64,000 nucleotides of DNA from Phyllosticta citribraziliensis. Taxonomy: Eukaryota. A program made the position numbers and the translations under genes. The DNA lies in assembly GCF_038025025.1 (NCBI RefSeq), contig NW_027117346.1, forward strand, positions 1,054,001 through 1,118,000. The letters are read 5' to 3'. The notes beneath the pieces are model-generated. The model ran no database searches. It had not been told where the DNA came from and saw only the letters and a list, made by a program, of their open reading frames with translations. This document shows positions 27,102-39,765 of this stretch, piece by piece (within the stretch, counting starts at the first letter, position 1; each line of letters starts with the position of its first letter).

Positions 27102-27803
27102 CTAGAGCTCCCCAGCAGCAGCGACGGGCCCCGTAGCGGCATTGGCAGCCGAGCCGGCACTGCCAGCGCCGACGACGCTCGACCGGACGGCCTCGGCGGC
27201 GGCGGTCGCGGCGGCCTTGACGGCAGCCACGGCGCTGGCGCTGCTAGCCCTGGCGTTCTCGGCCAGGTGGGCGGCGGCCGACGCCGGGTGGTCGCCCGAC
27301 AGGTAGTACAGGGCGCGGTCGGCCAGGAAGGATATGTGTTCGGGCAGGTAGAGCGAGGCGGCGATTATGATCATGCTGAGGAAGAGGAAGAGGAATGAAT
27401 CTGTGAGGGCGGGCGTGTTAGCGGTCGGGTCCGATTTAATTCATTCGCACGGTAGCTGAATATTGGGAAGCGGAGAGTGGACGAGGAGAGCTGAGGTCAA
27501 GTGGTGCGACGCTGATGTTGTTGCGTCTACGTCGGGTGCAGTGGAATGCGTGTATGAGCATCGGGACCGGGGCAAGCAGTGGTCACACGTACTGAAGATG
27601 AACTTTTCGGTGGGCGTTAGCATGTACAGCGAAAAAGTGACCTCGTACTGGTAGCGCTTGCGCTGCAGCCAGCGCAGCACGGCCGTCGGGAAAAGCATCA
27701 GGGCAAGGAGTAGGAGGCTGGCTGACGCGGCGATAAAGGCGTATGTGAGGGTTGACGTGTAGTAGTAGACGGTTTCGCTGAGGACGCTGTCGTCGCCCGG
27801 CAT
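27102..27803 (-). CDS. Serine palmitoyltransferase small subunit-like (SPTssa/DUF3317 type)
   Basis: RWLQRKRYQYEVTFSLYMLTPTEKFIF | intron 27401-27592 (GTACGT...CTAAC...CAG) | NSFLFLFLSMIIIAASLYLPEHISFLADRALYY. Start at ATG 27803 or 27698. Confidence 0.82.
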
Positions 27804-28232
27804 GTGTCTGCGTGGGTCGGGAGCAGATTCGGCGTGCAAGGCGCAGCGCTGGGGTACGGGTCGAGGTCGATTGAAAGTATATGTCGAGCCCAGGCCGAGT
27901 GGTGTTGATAAGACGGATTATTTCGGACGGTGCGGACGCGCGGCTGGGCGGATGCGGCGGAGTGTTTAAGGATTCGGCCGGGTGGTCTAGCAGTCTCTGC
28001 GAAGAGCACGTCTGGGACGAAGGAATACGTGTGGGGATAGGCGCGGAGTCGACTGGAGTGTTGAGCAGAGTGGAGCGGCGTGGGTTGTGCGTGCAGTAGG
28101 AAAAGGAGCGAATCGAAAGGCGGCGCGCCTGGTCCCTGCCGAGACCCTGCGATCCGCGGCTCGTGCGCTCTCGCGTCTCCCGACAGGCTGATGGCTGCTC
28201 TCTCGCCTCGACATCTCAAAACGACTCGCAGC

Positions 28233-28826
28233 ATGGCATCTCTGCTTGCGCGACATGCCGGCCATGTGATGCGAAATAGCCCATGCCTCAAAGCGCCCAC
28301 TCGAGCCTTGTCCGCTGCCGCAGTGCTTTGCGGCAAGCCTTTGCCGCCGCGCATCCCGATCAACGAAGATGATATTACCGAAAGCTTTCTCAAAGGCTCA
28401 GGGCCGGGCGGTCAGAAGATTGTACGCCAAAGCAGGTCATACATTTGAATCATTGTTGACCGTTGGCTCCAGAACAAAACGTCTTCGGCCGTGCAGCTGA
28501 AGCACCTTCCCACGGGCATTGTCATCAAGTTTCAGGGCACGCGGTCTCGCGAGCAAAACCGCAAGACTGCACGCAAAATGCTGTCAGAGAGGCTGGAAGA
28601 GATGGAGTTGGGGGACCAGAGCCGGACGGCCATCAAGCGCGCCAGCGCTGCAAAGAAAAAGGCAAGCAAGTCGAAGAAGTCGAGGCGCAAGTACCGCGCT
28701 TTGGACGAGGCCAAGAAGGCCGCGACTGAGGACGAAGGCGAGGAGGATGGCGACGCTGAAGGGGGCCAAGATGGTGTGCGGGAAGAGCAAGATGACGCAA
28801 AAGAGGAGGGGACAAGCAAGTCGTGA
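28233..28826 (+). CDS. Mitochondrial RF-1-domain peptidyl-tRNA hydrolase / ribosome rescue factor (C12orf65/mtRF-R-like)
   Basis: Presequence MASLLARHAG..., ESFLKGSGPGGQKI | intron 28422-28472 | NKTSSAVQLKHLPTGIVIK...TRSREQNRK, then a basic C-terminal tail. Has a GGQ motif but no codon-recognition domain. Confidence 0.9.
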
Positions 28827-30955
28827 CGAGCCTCGAGGTTAGTGAGTAAGGATTACGAACATCCCTATCAACCATTTGCTCTACTTGCGGATATTCTCTC
28901 GGGCTACCGTCGTCAGGTTGTCCCTTGATCTATGCAAGTCTAGAGAAACACTGGATGGATGTCAGCCCAATGGTACACGAGGGATCGGCCCGGGAAGTCA
29001 CACATGAGCCCAGCGGCATCACAGCATTGGTGTCGAGATACCGTGCCATGTATCTGCGGGTCCGAGAATGCTTGATGGAGGGGAAACAGGCTCACCCATG
29101 ACACCAGCGGCAACTTTAAGGGCTCGCAATTTGAAGAATTCAGCCTAGGAAGTTTCTTGCGAAAAAAGCAAAAAAGGTCTTGCTTTCTCAATAGCGGCTT
29201 GTTGATGGAGACGGGCCAGCAGTGTCACATTTCCGGCACCATGCACGTCCAGTTGCAGCGTGGAAAGCCCACGGCGCATGCCATCAGATACGAAGGCCCA
29301 ATCACATGGACATGCTTCTTGAAAGCCCAGGCCCGGGGTATCACAAGCTGGAGTGTGGTGGAACGGGTAAACATGGCGGGATCTGATTGTTTACTGCAAA
29401 TGAGCAGACGACTTGAGCCAACGCGGGGCAACCAGACGGGATTGGACTTGGGCAGCTTCAAGCGCGGCACGGCATGGATGGTCCCCGTCAACAGTACGCT
29501 TCTTACCATTTGGCGTTAGGCCGGCGGGTTGGGCGTGGAAGGGACAAAAGTAGGAGCCGACGCGCAGGTTGTCAAGTGTCAAGCTCTGTCGTTTCATCAG
29601 GGAAGTGAAACGCAACCGGTCAAGGCAAGGACAGATGGAAGCAGATGCAATGCGTGGCAACGCAACGGCTACATAGACGGAGACGAGCACCGGTTGCGGA
29701 GAGGTGCGTACAGATGCCCGGTTTTTCGGGGGAGGGTCTTCTCGAAGTCGAAGGGCATTATCAGATCAGAAGCGCCTTTGGCCCGCCACCTCCTGGGTGA
29801 GCAAGGACTTTTTTCGGGGGGGTGGTGCGGTCGATCCCTGGCGAAAGCATCCAGGTGGCGGGCGGGCGCACGCACCGAGGATGCTCGCAAAAGTGATTCC
29901 TGCCCTGCCCTGCCCTGCTCGCTGGCAGAATGGGGTGAAGGTAAGGAGACGGACAGGCGCATGTGGGGGGGCCAAAGTGTTGAAGGCCCCAACAACTTCT
30001 TTCGTAACTCGACCTGGGGTCGGTGGCCTGCAGCCCGGCGCCCTGATTGTCGCCGTGCGTGATATGCCGACGGCATCTTTTTGTCCTTGGCTCGACTGGC
30101 CGTCTAGCGTCCTGTGAGGTAGGTAGTGCATTATTGCCGTCCTTCTCGCCTTGTCCTGCCCTGCGCCAAAGAGAACTAGGTCGCTAGCAGCGCCGGCGGA
30201 TAGCCAAGCGTAGCAGCGGACAGCGGAGCGGCACCATCAAGCCAACACACATGTGCCACGCTGGAGAATCGGTACGGTACGGTACGGTACCCCACAGGCA
30301 GTCTGTGTGCAGCGCTTTGGCGGTCTGCTGCAGCCACTGTCGACGCGCCGATATCACATTTGCAGACGGTGTGTGCGTCGGCGGCGGCGACGGTGAGAGC
30401 TGGGGCTCCGGACGGCGACAAAGTGTGAGAATGTCTGACGGAGCTGAGATCAGGCTCGGGCTCAGGCTGGCTGTGCTGGATACACGACGTGACTGAGTGG
30501 CGGCCGTGAGATGGGCTGTTGGACTGCGGCTCGTTCGCGGTTTCGGTGCCGGGGGGTGGTGAGCAGTGGACCCCTGACCTGACCGACCGAGAACGCGCCT
30601 CGGCTGCCCTGCGCGACCCGGACCTCTGTCCTTCTAACCCACGGTTCACCAATTTTGCCATATGGCCATGCCAGAATCCGCACTAACGTAGATAATATCC
30701 CTCCGTCCGCCCTCGACTGTCTTCAAAACTCTTCCTTCTCTTGACAGGGCCCCTCCTCTGTCCAAGTCCTCTCCTCCACTCCCTCCCTCTCGCGCTCTCC
30801 CTTCCTCTCCCTCCAACCTCTCAACAACACCTCTCGCCCAACAAACTTTCCGCCGCAGACCCCCGCCGCCCTCTCTGCTCTGCTGCCACCCCTCCTCAGA
30901 GCACACCCGTCTCTCGCATCGCTCTTTCTTTCTTTCTTTCCAATTCCTCGAAACC

Positions 30956-32484
30956 ATGGCCTCCACCACGGCTATGCCTCAGAACCCGGTTCTGAAGCGC
31001 AACATCACCAGCTCCACCACCTCGTCCTCGGTGCCCTCCGTGGCCGCTTCTCCCAACGATTCGCCCACCCAGTCTCCTTCGTCGACCTCGCTGTCTTCGC
31101 TGGGCTCCATCGACGACGTCAAGAACGCCCGTGGAAAGCTGCTCGACACGTACGGCAACGAGTTCGAGATCCCCGACTACACCATCAAGCAAATCCACGA
31201 CGCCATCCCCAAGCACTGCTTCGAGCGTTCTGCCATTCGCTCCCTTGGCTACGTTGCCCGGGACTTTGCCGTTCTTGCGTCCATCTTTTACGTCACCTAC
31301 AAGTTCAACACCCCCGAACATGTTCCCTCGACTGCTCTTCGCGCCGTTTGGTGGGCCGTCTACTCGGTCGTCCAGGGTCTGTTTGCTACCGGCGTCTGGG
31401 TCCTCGCCCACGAGTGCGGTCATCAAGCCTTTTCTCCATCCAAGGTTCTGAACGACACGGTTGGCTGGTTCTGCCACTCGCTTCTGCTGGTCCCGTACTT
31501 TTCCTGGAAAATCTCCCATGGCAAGCACCACAAGGCGACCGGCCACCTTACTCGCGACATGGTTTTCGTTCCGAAAACTCGCGAAGAGTATGCCTCTCGC
31601 ATTGGCCGCTTCGTCCACGAGCTGCACGAATTAACCGAGGAGACTCCGATTGCGACCGCCATTCACATGTTCAGCCAGCAGATTGCCGGTTGGCTCATGT
31701 ACCTCTCCACCAACGTCACTGGCCACAACCAGCACGAGCGTCAGCGCGAGGGCAGGGGCAAGGGCAAGAAGAATGGCCTCTGGACCGGTGTCAACCACTT
31801 CAACCCGACGAGCCCCTTGTACGAGGCCAAGGATGAGAAGCTCATTCTTCTGAGCGACGTGGGTCTTGCCATTACCGCTAGCATCCTTTACTGGATTGGT
31901 TCGACGTTTGGCTTCACCAACCTCCTGCTCTGGTACATTCTGCCCTATCTCTGGGTCAACCACTGGCTGGGTACGCATTCCACATGCCAAATCTGACGGA
32001 CCAAAAGCTAATCAGAACAGTTGCCATCACTTACCTCCAGCACACCGACCCCTCGCTGCCCCACTACGAGCCTCACACCTGGAACTTCACTCGCGGTGCT
32101 GCTGCAACCATCGACCGCGAGTTCGGCTTCGTTGGCAAGCACATTCTCCACGACATCATCGAGACCCACGTCCTGCACCACTACATCTCCACCATCCCCT
32201 TTTACAATGCCCGCGAGGCCAGCGATGCCATCAGGCCCGTCATGGGCAAGCACTACCGCTCCGATACCAAGGACGGTATGATGGGATTTTTCAAGGCCAT
32301 GTGGAAGAGCGCTCGTTGGTGCCAGTGGGTTGAGCCCAGCGAGGGTGCCCAGGGTGAGGGCCAGGGCGTTCTCTTCTTCCGCAACAGGAACGGTCTCGGT
32401 GTTCCGCCAGCAAAGATTGCCGCCCCCACCGAGAAGAAGGGCAACGGCGTCGTCATCGGCAGCGAAAGCGACGTCGACGCATAA
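30956..32484 (+). CDS. FAD2: Oleate delta-12 fatty acid desaturase (OdeA/FAD2)
   Basis: Three His boxes HECGH, HGKHH and HVLHH; IHDAIPKHCFERS; one intron 31971-32020 (NHWL|VAITYLQHTDP). Confidence 0.94.
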
Positions 32485-35187
32485 GCGCTCATGTCCGAAA
32501 CGGCTGACCTCATGGATAACGCATCTCTTTTTCTCGCCGGGATTATCTCCGCGTCATTTGCCGTCAAAGAATAGATGAGGTCGTCCGCATTGGAAGTATC
32601 TCGACGAAGACGATGTTGAGAGTTGGCATCGTCCTACCCCGCCGGCTTTTCGGCTGCGTCGTCGCTCGTTCTGACACCCCGGACACATGGACCTCCTGAC
32701 CTAACCCCAGCCTCACCGCCCTCTCGTTGCACCGCCGTACCGCCACCGCTACGAGCTCGGCTACCTTAGTTTGGACCCTTCTCAGCCATCGTCACCATCA
32801 TCGTCCGTTTTTGCAGTAACACCACCAACACATCCTTCCTATCGATCGTTTCTCGTTGGACATGCCGAATAATGGTGCGTGGAAAACCGAGACAGCAGCA
32901 CAAAAAAACTTTAGGGATATGGACATGAGGGGTACCGGGAGACGCATTTTAGACATAGAGACAGACTTTACTCGCCACGCTTTTTTCAAGCTTTGTCGGG
33001 GTTGTCTTTTTTCTGTTTGCTACAAAAAACAGTAGACGCGTGGAAGATCCACGCACCAAGCAAGAGGAGGAGGTATCAACGTAGGCTCTTTGCCTCGTGG
33101 CCTCATCTACAATCGAAACGCTTTTCTTCTTCACTTTGCACTCCCTTGACTGAGACATCGTGTTTCATGCCTTTGAGATGACGGTTGAATCAGTGATGAC
33201 CCGAAAACCAACTATGTAGCCAAATGAATGGGCCAAAAGTTTGCTGCATTTTCTGATTCCGCCCTCTGGCCACTCTTGTTAATGCCCACTTTCCATTGGT
33301 CGGCCACTTGCTGTCCCCTCGCAAGCAAATCTGGAATGTCACCAACCCCTCTCTCCTTACCCTCCTGCGCTGCCACCTCCCACCACTCGCTCTCCATTTT
33401 CCGGTAGTAACTCGTCCTTGGTACGTAGCAGCCGAGGCAAACTGGCTGACTGACAGACTGAATGACCGACCAAACGGCATGGAGTATGAGACACTTCGAC
33501 GAGCCGAGACTAATGCACGCTAGACAAGGCAAGGTAGGTAGGCAGGTATGTAGGCGTGTGGGGATGTTGTTCTCTGTAAGCTGAGTAGCTACCTACAACT
33601 ACCACGTGGGTACGTACGTTGTTAGTTGCTTTCAAGTTGCAGATGTCGCTTGGGCAGATGGCCAGTCAAGTGTTTGGCATTGTGTTGTTGACGCATCTTG
33701 ATCTCAGTTGGTACGACCACACGGCGTGCGTGTGTGCGCCAACATGAGTGCGGTAGTATGTCTGATTAGCTCGCAGCGTCATCATCACAATATGGAATAT
33801 GGACTTTACTCTCCGTCTCAACAAATGCACCACCACACACACTTCCGTAGATAGTACCTCATCACCCGTCGCCACCGGTCCAGTGATCTGCGGCCGCCGT
33901 AGCTATCTACTGTACATGTAGCCAGCCACCCAGCTACCTCGCTCTACTGGCCTACTCCTACTACTCCCGTCCGTCCTACCTTACCTTACCCAGAGCGATC
34001 CGTGCCACAAGTAACGGGCAGGCAGTTACCTACCCAAAGCAGCTAGCCAGCTGCCCAGCCGCGCGGGCTCCTTGGGACAGGGCACCAGCTGATGCCCTTT
34101 CAATTGCCACGACTGAGCCTCGACCACGGCTCCGCCCCCCGCCGCCACCACCACCACTACCACCACCCCGCCCGCGTGCCTGGACTAGTGGATGCAAGCT
34201 TGACATGCTGACCGACTACTGCACGTAAGTACGTACGTGCTTTGCCCACCTGTTCGTCGCCACCGCGCTGCTTGCTGTCTGTTGTTGGTGCGATTGCTCC
34301 TGCCTGGAGGAGGCGAGGTAAGCCAGATAGACGGGGGCGACGGGCAGATTCCTGACCACCTACTCGTGGAGCCCGGGCACTTGCGGATGGTTAACTTCAA
34401 TGACATCATTCGCATCTCACTTGGCTGGACAACAGACAACAATGGATTGAAAGTCAGAAGTTTCGTCTCGTTTTCCATGGGGTTTCCCCAAAACATCCGA
34501 CCGCGTGTCATTGTGTTCTCCGTGCAACTTCTAGCCCTCGATATTACCAGTGACAGGCCAAACATACGTACAGTGCCCTGCTCTGACCTGCCCACCGTGA
34601 CGTCCTCTGCCGTGCGCTGCCGTGCATGCCGTGTGGCCGTGTTCTGTCTTTTCTCTCCCTCTTTCCCCTTTCTAGCCAGATGTCCGCGTGTATTTCCCAT
34701 GATGAAAATGAAAGAAGGGGATGAGGGGAGAGGTATGGAGCATAGTGGAGCGGAGTGGAGTGGAGAGGAGAGTAGAAGGGCGCAGGGAATGGCCAAAGAC
34801 ATGTCTCTTTTGGAATCCACTGCGAAGGGGAGTAGACAGGGAAAGGGATAGATTGAGAGCGTGTAGTTTGCCTTCAGTCCGTGACGCGCCTAGATGGGCT
34901 TTTCTTCCTCATCTCGTTCTTCATTTTCCTCGTCCTGTTCCCTTTTGACGGCTCACTTTCTTGTTTTCGCGCGTAAAATGGCGTCGCTTCGAGTACAAAT
35001 TCTTCTTGTTTGATATCGATGACAAGTTTTTGGCTTTTGACTGTCCGATCTCCGCAGAGACTGGAGATGAAAATGCTGGGTCCAACAAACGCCTGAAATA
35101 TGCAGAATTCGTGGGTGTTGACCTTTTCCTTTTTTCGTTTTTGATTGTGGATAGGAACGGAGACGCTTCTTTGCTTCCCCGTCTCCC

Positions 35188-35949
35188 TTACTCCTCGCCC
35201 CAATTCAGCTTGAAGCGGCCCTCGGCGATCTTGTATTCCTTCAAGCATTGAATGACCTCTTCAGAATCCAGAGCCTCGACCATGATGCCGGCGTTGGTAG
35301 GGGCTATAAAGCCACTGCTGACGGCGTTCTTGACCCACGTAATGAGGCCGTCCCAGTAGCCGTCGACATTGAAGACGACGATGCCGCGATTGTGAATGCC
35401 AAGCTGGTTCCAAGTTATGACCTCCATGAGCTCTTCGGCGGTCCCGAATCCTCCGCTGAGGGCGACAAAGCCGCCGCCAGGTCCGCCGCGGATCACTTCT
35501 TGTGCCATCATCTGCTTGCGGGTGTGCATGTCCTTGACGACGGTGGTGCGGCCGTACAGCTGCTCATTGATGACGTTGCGGGGTCCCGACGCGGACGGCG
35601 GCAGGCCATTGTCGAGAGCCTCCTGCTCGGCCTGCTTGGAGGCTTCCTCGTAGTTTTGCTCCAGCTTGACCAGCGCCGCTGGGATGATGCCGTGCACGGC
35701 TGAGGGCCCGGACAGCGATACCAGGGTCCGGGCGACCTCGCCCATCAGGCCGACGGTGCCGCCGCCGTACACAAGCCGCATGTCGTTTTTGTGGAGGGCA
35801 TGGGCGAGTGCGCGGGCCGCTGCCATGTGCTTCGGGGAAGTGCCGCTACTGGCGCCGCAAAAGACGCAGACGACGGGGCGCGGATCTGTCGGCGTATTCG
35901 TCACGGACGAGGCGGCAGCTGCGCTTGACATGGCGGCGGAGAAGGTCAT
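35188..35949 (-). CDS. LOG1: LOG family nucleotide phosphoribohydrolase (cytokinin-activating / 'lysine decarboxylase-like')
   Basis: VCVFCGASSG, LVYGGGTVGLMG, VKDMHTRKQMM, ALSGGFGTAEELMEVITWNQLGIH, FNVDGYWD. Probable ATG at 35949; the ORF is also open further upstream. Confidence 0.92.
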   Translation of the reverse strand: MTFSAAMSSAAAASSVTNTPTDPRPVVCVFCGASSGTSPKHMAAARALAHALHKNDMRLVYGGGTVGLMGEVARTLVSLSGPSAVHGIIPAALVKLEQNYEEASKQAEQEALDNGLPPSASGPRNVINEQLYGRTTVVKDMHTRKQMMAQEVIRGGPGGGFVALSGGFGTAEELMEVITWNQLGIHNRGIVVFNVDGYWDGLITWVKNAVSSGFIAPTNAGIMVEALDSEEVIQCLKEYKIAEGRFKLNWGEE

Positions 35950-36348
35950 GGTGGGCGAGGAGGAAGAGGGCGTCGTCGAGAGGTGGCGGCGGCGTCTTTT
36001 TGAAAGATGGGCAGTGACAGAAGGATCGTGATGTTGAGTCAGGACGTCAAGTTGCGGGAGAATACGGTGCACCTGAGGGCGGGTGGAAGCAGAGAATCAT
36101 CCATCGGGGGCAACTCCATGGTATATATACGGAAGCCAAGTACAGAGGACAAGTCAGTTGATCTGTTGACGTGCGCAAGCTTGCTCAATCGTCGGATCCG
36201 CCCCGCTGCCCGACGCTGGCCGGTCCCGCCTCCGCCCCAGCCAGCCCCAACCCAGCTCTGCTCTGCTGTGCCTCCGTCTCTTGAACTCTTCACCTTGCAA
36301 GTCAACCTCTCGAGCACCCTCGAGACGACCAAGGCACCCCTCTCCACC

Positions 36349-38331
36349 ATGCCCGAACAAAGGCGCGAGGAGCAGAGCCAGCAGAGCGTACAGTGTGCCC
36401 CAATCCGAAGTCCCCGACTCTTCTAACAGTCCTCGCAGTTCCTGCGCACAGCCGCTCAGAGCGTCGGCATCTTCCTGCTGATGCAGTTTGCGGCTAAACA
36501 AATCTTCGGCATCGGTTCAGGCTCTTCGGATCAGGGCGCCTCTGTCCCCGGTTCAAACGTCGCAATCCCAGACTTCAAATCGAGGCCCGCCGGCCTCAAC
36601 CCGGACGCCCATTACAGCGCAATTCCCAATGCCATTGCGCCAATATGGCAGCCGGGCACGCCGCTCGACATCAACATTTACGTGTCGCCCTCCATGGTCA
36701 TGCCCTCTCTCAAGTCAATGCCCAAGGACTCGCTCGTTGTAGACGAAAAGGCGTTCGAATACGGTGACTGGAAAGACCAGCGTGAAATTGATACCACGAT
36801 CCAGGTTCCCAAGGAGGCGCAGGCTGGTGGTCCCATCTGGGCGCATTTCTTCATCGCGCAGTCGGGAAAGCAGATGGACCCCGCCGCGCCCGACTATGAC
36901 TCCTCCTTAGCATACAACTTTGCACGTCCGCTGACCCAGCAGCTGCCTAAGCGCAAGCAAAAGAAGGCGAGGAACCTGCTGGCGGACAAAAACGACGTGT
37001 TGGAAGAACCCGAGCCCGAGTCCCAGGGCTTGCAGGTCGCCAATTACTATCATCCAAACCACACCTTTTCTTTCATTCCTGACGCGGGCGTGCAAAAATT
37101 CCCCTCGCTCCACCCAGGATTGCGCCAGTTCTTCCAACTCGAGGCATCTGGCGCCCGGGACGTTACGGGCCAGAACGGCTGGTACTATCCCATCCTGTTT
37201 GTCAACACGTTTTGGCAGCTCAAGGACCACATGATGGAGCTCAACTCCACTGTCAAGGAGGTCCCGCTGCGTATCACGCTCAACCAGCAGTCGTTTTGGA
37301 AATTCAGCATCATTGCCAGCATCGACACCAATGTCAAGTCGAACGGCATCAACGCCGCTGCTAATCCTGGCCAAATGTCCATGAGCGGAGACGGCGCCGA
37401 ATTTGAAGAGGTCAAGCGCATCATTCTCGACAGCAACGTGTACTTGCTAGCGACCACTGGTGTCGTGTCTGTCCTCCACATGATCTTCGAAATGCTTGCG
37501 TTCAAGAGTGACGTCTCTCACTGGCGCAACAAGAAAGACAACGTAGGCACCTCTGTCCGCACCATCATCGCCAATGTCTTCATGCAGACTGTCATTTTCT
37601 TGTACCTCATGGACAACAATGAAAACACGTCCTGGATGATTCTCTTTGGGCAAGGCACAGGCATCCTCATTGAGGCCTGGAAAGTCACCAAAACGGCCGA
37701 CATTCGCATTCGACAGGCCCCTGAAGGCTCCTTGATCCCCTACAGAATCACCTTTGAGGACAAGCATCAGCTGTCTGAGACGGAGAAGGAGACGCAAGAG
37801 TATGACCGCATCGCTTTCAAGTACCTTTACGTGATAGCGGTGCCGCTACTACTGGCGTATGCCGGCTACTCGCTCATCTATGAGACGCACAAGTCGTGGT
37901 ACAGCTTCACCATCGCCACGCTGGTCGGCAGCGTCTATGCCTACGGCTTCTTGATGATGGTGCCGTCGCTGTACATCAACTACCGCCTCAAGAGCGTGGC
38001 ACACATGCCGCGCAAGGCCATGACGTACAAGTTCCTCAACACCTTCATCGACGACCTGTTTGCCTTTACCATCAAGATGCCCACCTTGCACCGTCTCGCT
38101 ACCTTGCGCGACGACGTCATATTCTTCGTCTACCTGTACCAGTGCTGGGTCTACCGCGTCGACTATTCGCGTGTCAACGAGTTCGGTCAGGGTGGCGAAG
38201 ACGAGGTTGACGAGAAGAAGGATGCTGACACGTCTGCCGGTGCTCTGACAGAGGGCGAGAAGACGAAGACGGATGGCGAGGCGAAGACGACAGGTGCGGC
38301 GAAGGAGGGCAAGGCGAAGAAGAGAAAGTGA
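36349..38331 (+). CDS. CLPTM1: CLPTM1 family polytopic ER membrane protein
   Basis: Exon 36349-36387, intron 36388-36438, then a long exon with YYPILFVNTFW, LHMIFEMLAFKSDVSHW, IEAWKV, GFLMMVPSLYINYRLKSVAHMP, YKFLNTFIDDLFAF, YRVDYSRVNEFG and a C-terminal KKRK. Confidence 0.92.
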
Positions 38332-38811
38332 GGGGTTGGTCAGTGTTGTTGGGCGTCGATGTGTATATGGATTGAAGAAGGAAAAGTTCTTGTTGATTAT
38401 CTAGGATGGTCTTGCTTCTCTATGTCCGCTAAAGACATGATGAGTGGAACCTTCGTAGGTTGAGTAGATGTGTCAGTAAGGAATGGATGTGGATCGACAG
38501 GAACTATGTGGAAGTTTATGTGATGTTAAATGAAGCATGTTTGTGCTTAGGTTTAACTTCCAAAGCTTACCCTACAGCACGATAGATAAAGTGATCCTCT
38601 GTGTTGGAATACGAAAACAAGTCATCGACGATGGGATGAGTATTTTGAGTAAATCGAGGCAGTTGCTTCCCGGCCACCACATCCCTGCAGTGCGAAGTTA
38701 CGGCGTTCGACGCGCACCATTCCCACATCCACCATCCCACCTCGCCGGCCATCTATCGGACTTCACCCACCTCAGCCACGGCCTTCACCTCACCAAACCA
38801 ACCAGCCCATC

Positions 38812-39765
38812 ATGCGTCTAACACCACGCAGCAGCGGAAGCTCCCGCAGCTGTTCTCACAGCTTGCTCACCGCCGCGACCGCCGCCGCGCTGCTCTCGTC
38901 CTCCGCCGTCGTCTCCGCCGCCAACATCACGCTCAGCATCGGCACCGCACACGCCGCAGTTCCCTCTCTCCTCGGCGCCTCGACGCACGCGACGCTGCAC
39001 TCGGCGGGCCCCGCGTTGTCGGCGCCGCTGCGCCGCGACAACTCGTTTGCGTTCGACGACGTGGCGCCGGGCAGCTACCTGCTCAGCGTGCACAGCCGCG
39101 ACTACGCTTTCGAGAACTTGAGGGTCGACGTTGCGATCGAGGGCGCCGAGGCTGGGCAGGAGGAGGTTGTCCGCGCGTGGCAGACGTTCCGCGGCAACGA
39201 GTGGGACAATCGCGGCGAGAAGCGCGGAGAGGGTCGCGGCGGCAGGGCGACCCTCGAGGTGCGCGTGCTGGGTGGGAAGGAGTACTATATCCAGAGAGGT
39301 GGATGTGAGTGTTTGCCTGCCGTTGCGTTTACATCCTCCACGACTGCCCGCTTTTGGTCTCACGGAGATGTGGTTGACTAAATGCTGATTATGTGACACG
39401 CAGTCTCGCCACTCTCTTTCCTCAAGAATCCCATGATTCTCATGGGTCTCTTCTCTCTTGGTCTCATAGTCGGCATGCCGTACCTGATGGACAACAGTAA
39501 GCCGCCACTCCCTTTCCTACAGCCCAGCCCATAAAGGCCACCCGCTCACCAACCTCCTACAGTGGACGAAGAAACCCGCGCCGAATTCGAGGAAATGCAA
39601 AAGAAGAGCCCCCTCGCCTCCGCCGGCAATCCTGCCGCCCAGCTGCAAAACTTCGACCTGGCATCCTTCTTGGCCGGCAAGACCAACGATGGCGGTCAAC
39701 AGCAAAGTGCAGGGGAGACTCGAGGGGAGAAAAGCGGCGGCGGTGGTTCGAGGAAGAGAGGTTGA
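38812..39765 (+). CDS. EMC7: ER membrane protein complex subunit 7-like (DUF2012)
   Basis: Signal peptide, beta-sandwich FAFDDVAPGSYLLSVHSRDYAFENLRVDV, then YYIQRGG|FSPLSFLKNPMILMGLFSLGLIVGMPYLMDN|MDEETRAEFEE. Introns 39305-39403 and 39497-39562. Confidence 0.85.

Noticed and set aside
30270..30290. (GGTAC)4 repeat, plus similar short microsatellites at about 12311, 29901 and 51532
   Set aside because: Ordinary simple sequence repeats with no spacers, so not CRISPR-like.
29875..30603. CCGAGG/CCTCGG (FarA-type) hexamers upstream of the desaturase at 29875 and 30598
   Set aside because: Two 6-mers in 2 kb of GC-rich DNA are compatible with chance; not supportable without conservation data.
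30896..32253. Antisense ORFs opposite the delta-12 desaturase
   Set aside because: Same codon-bias shadow effect.
34185..34851. Pair of ~205-aa overlapping ORFs on opposite strands
   Set aside because: They run through simple repeats (GGAGT, CT-rich tracts) and show no recognisable protein features.
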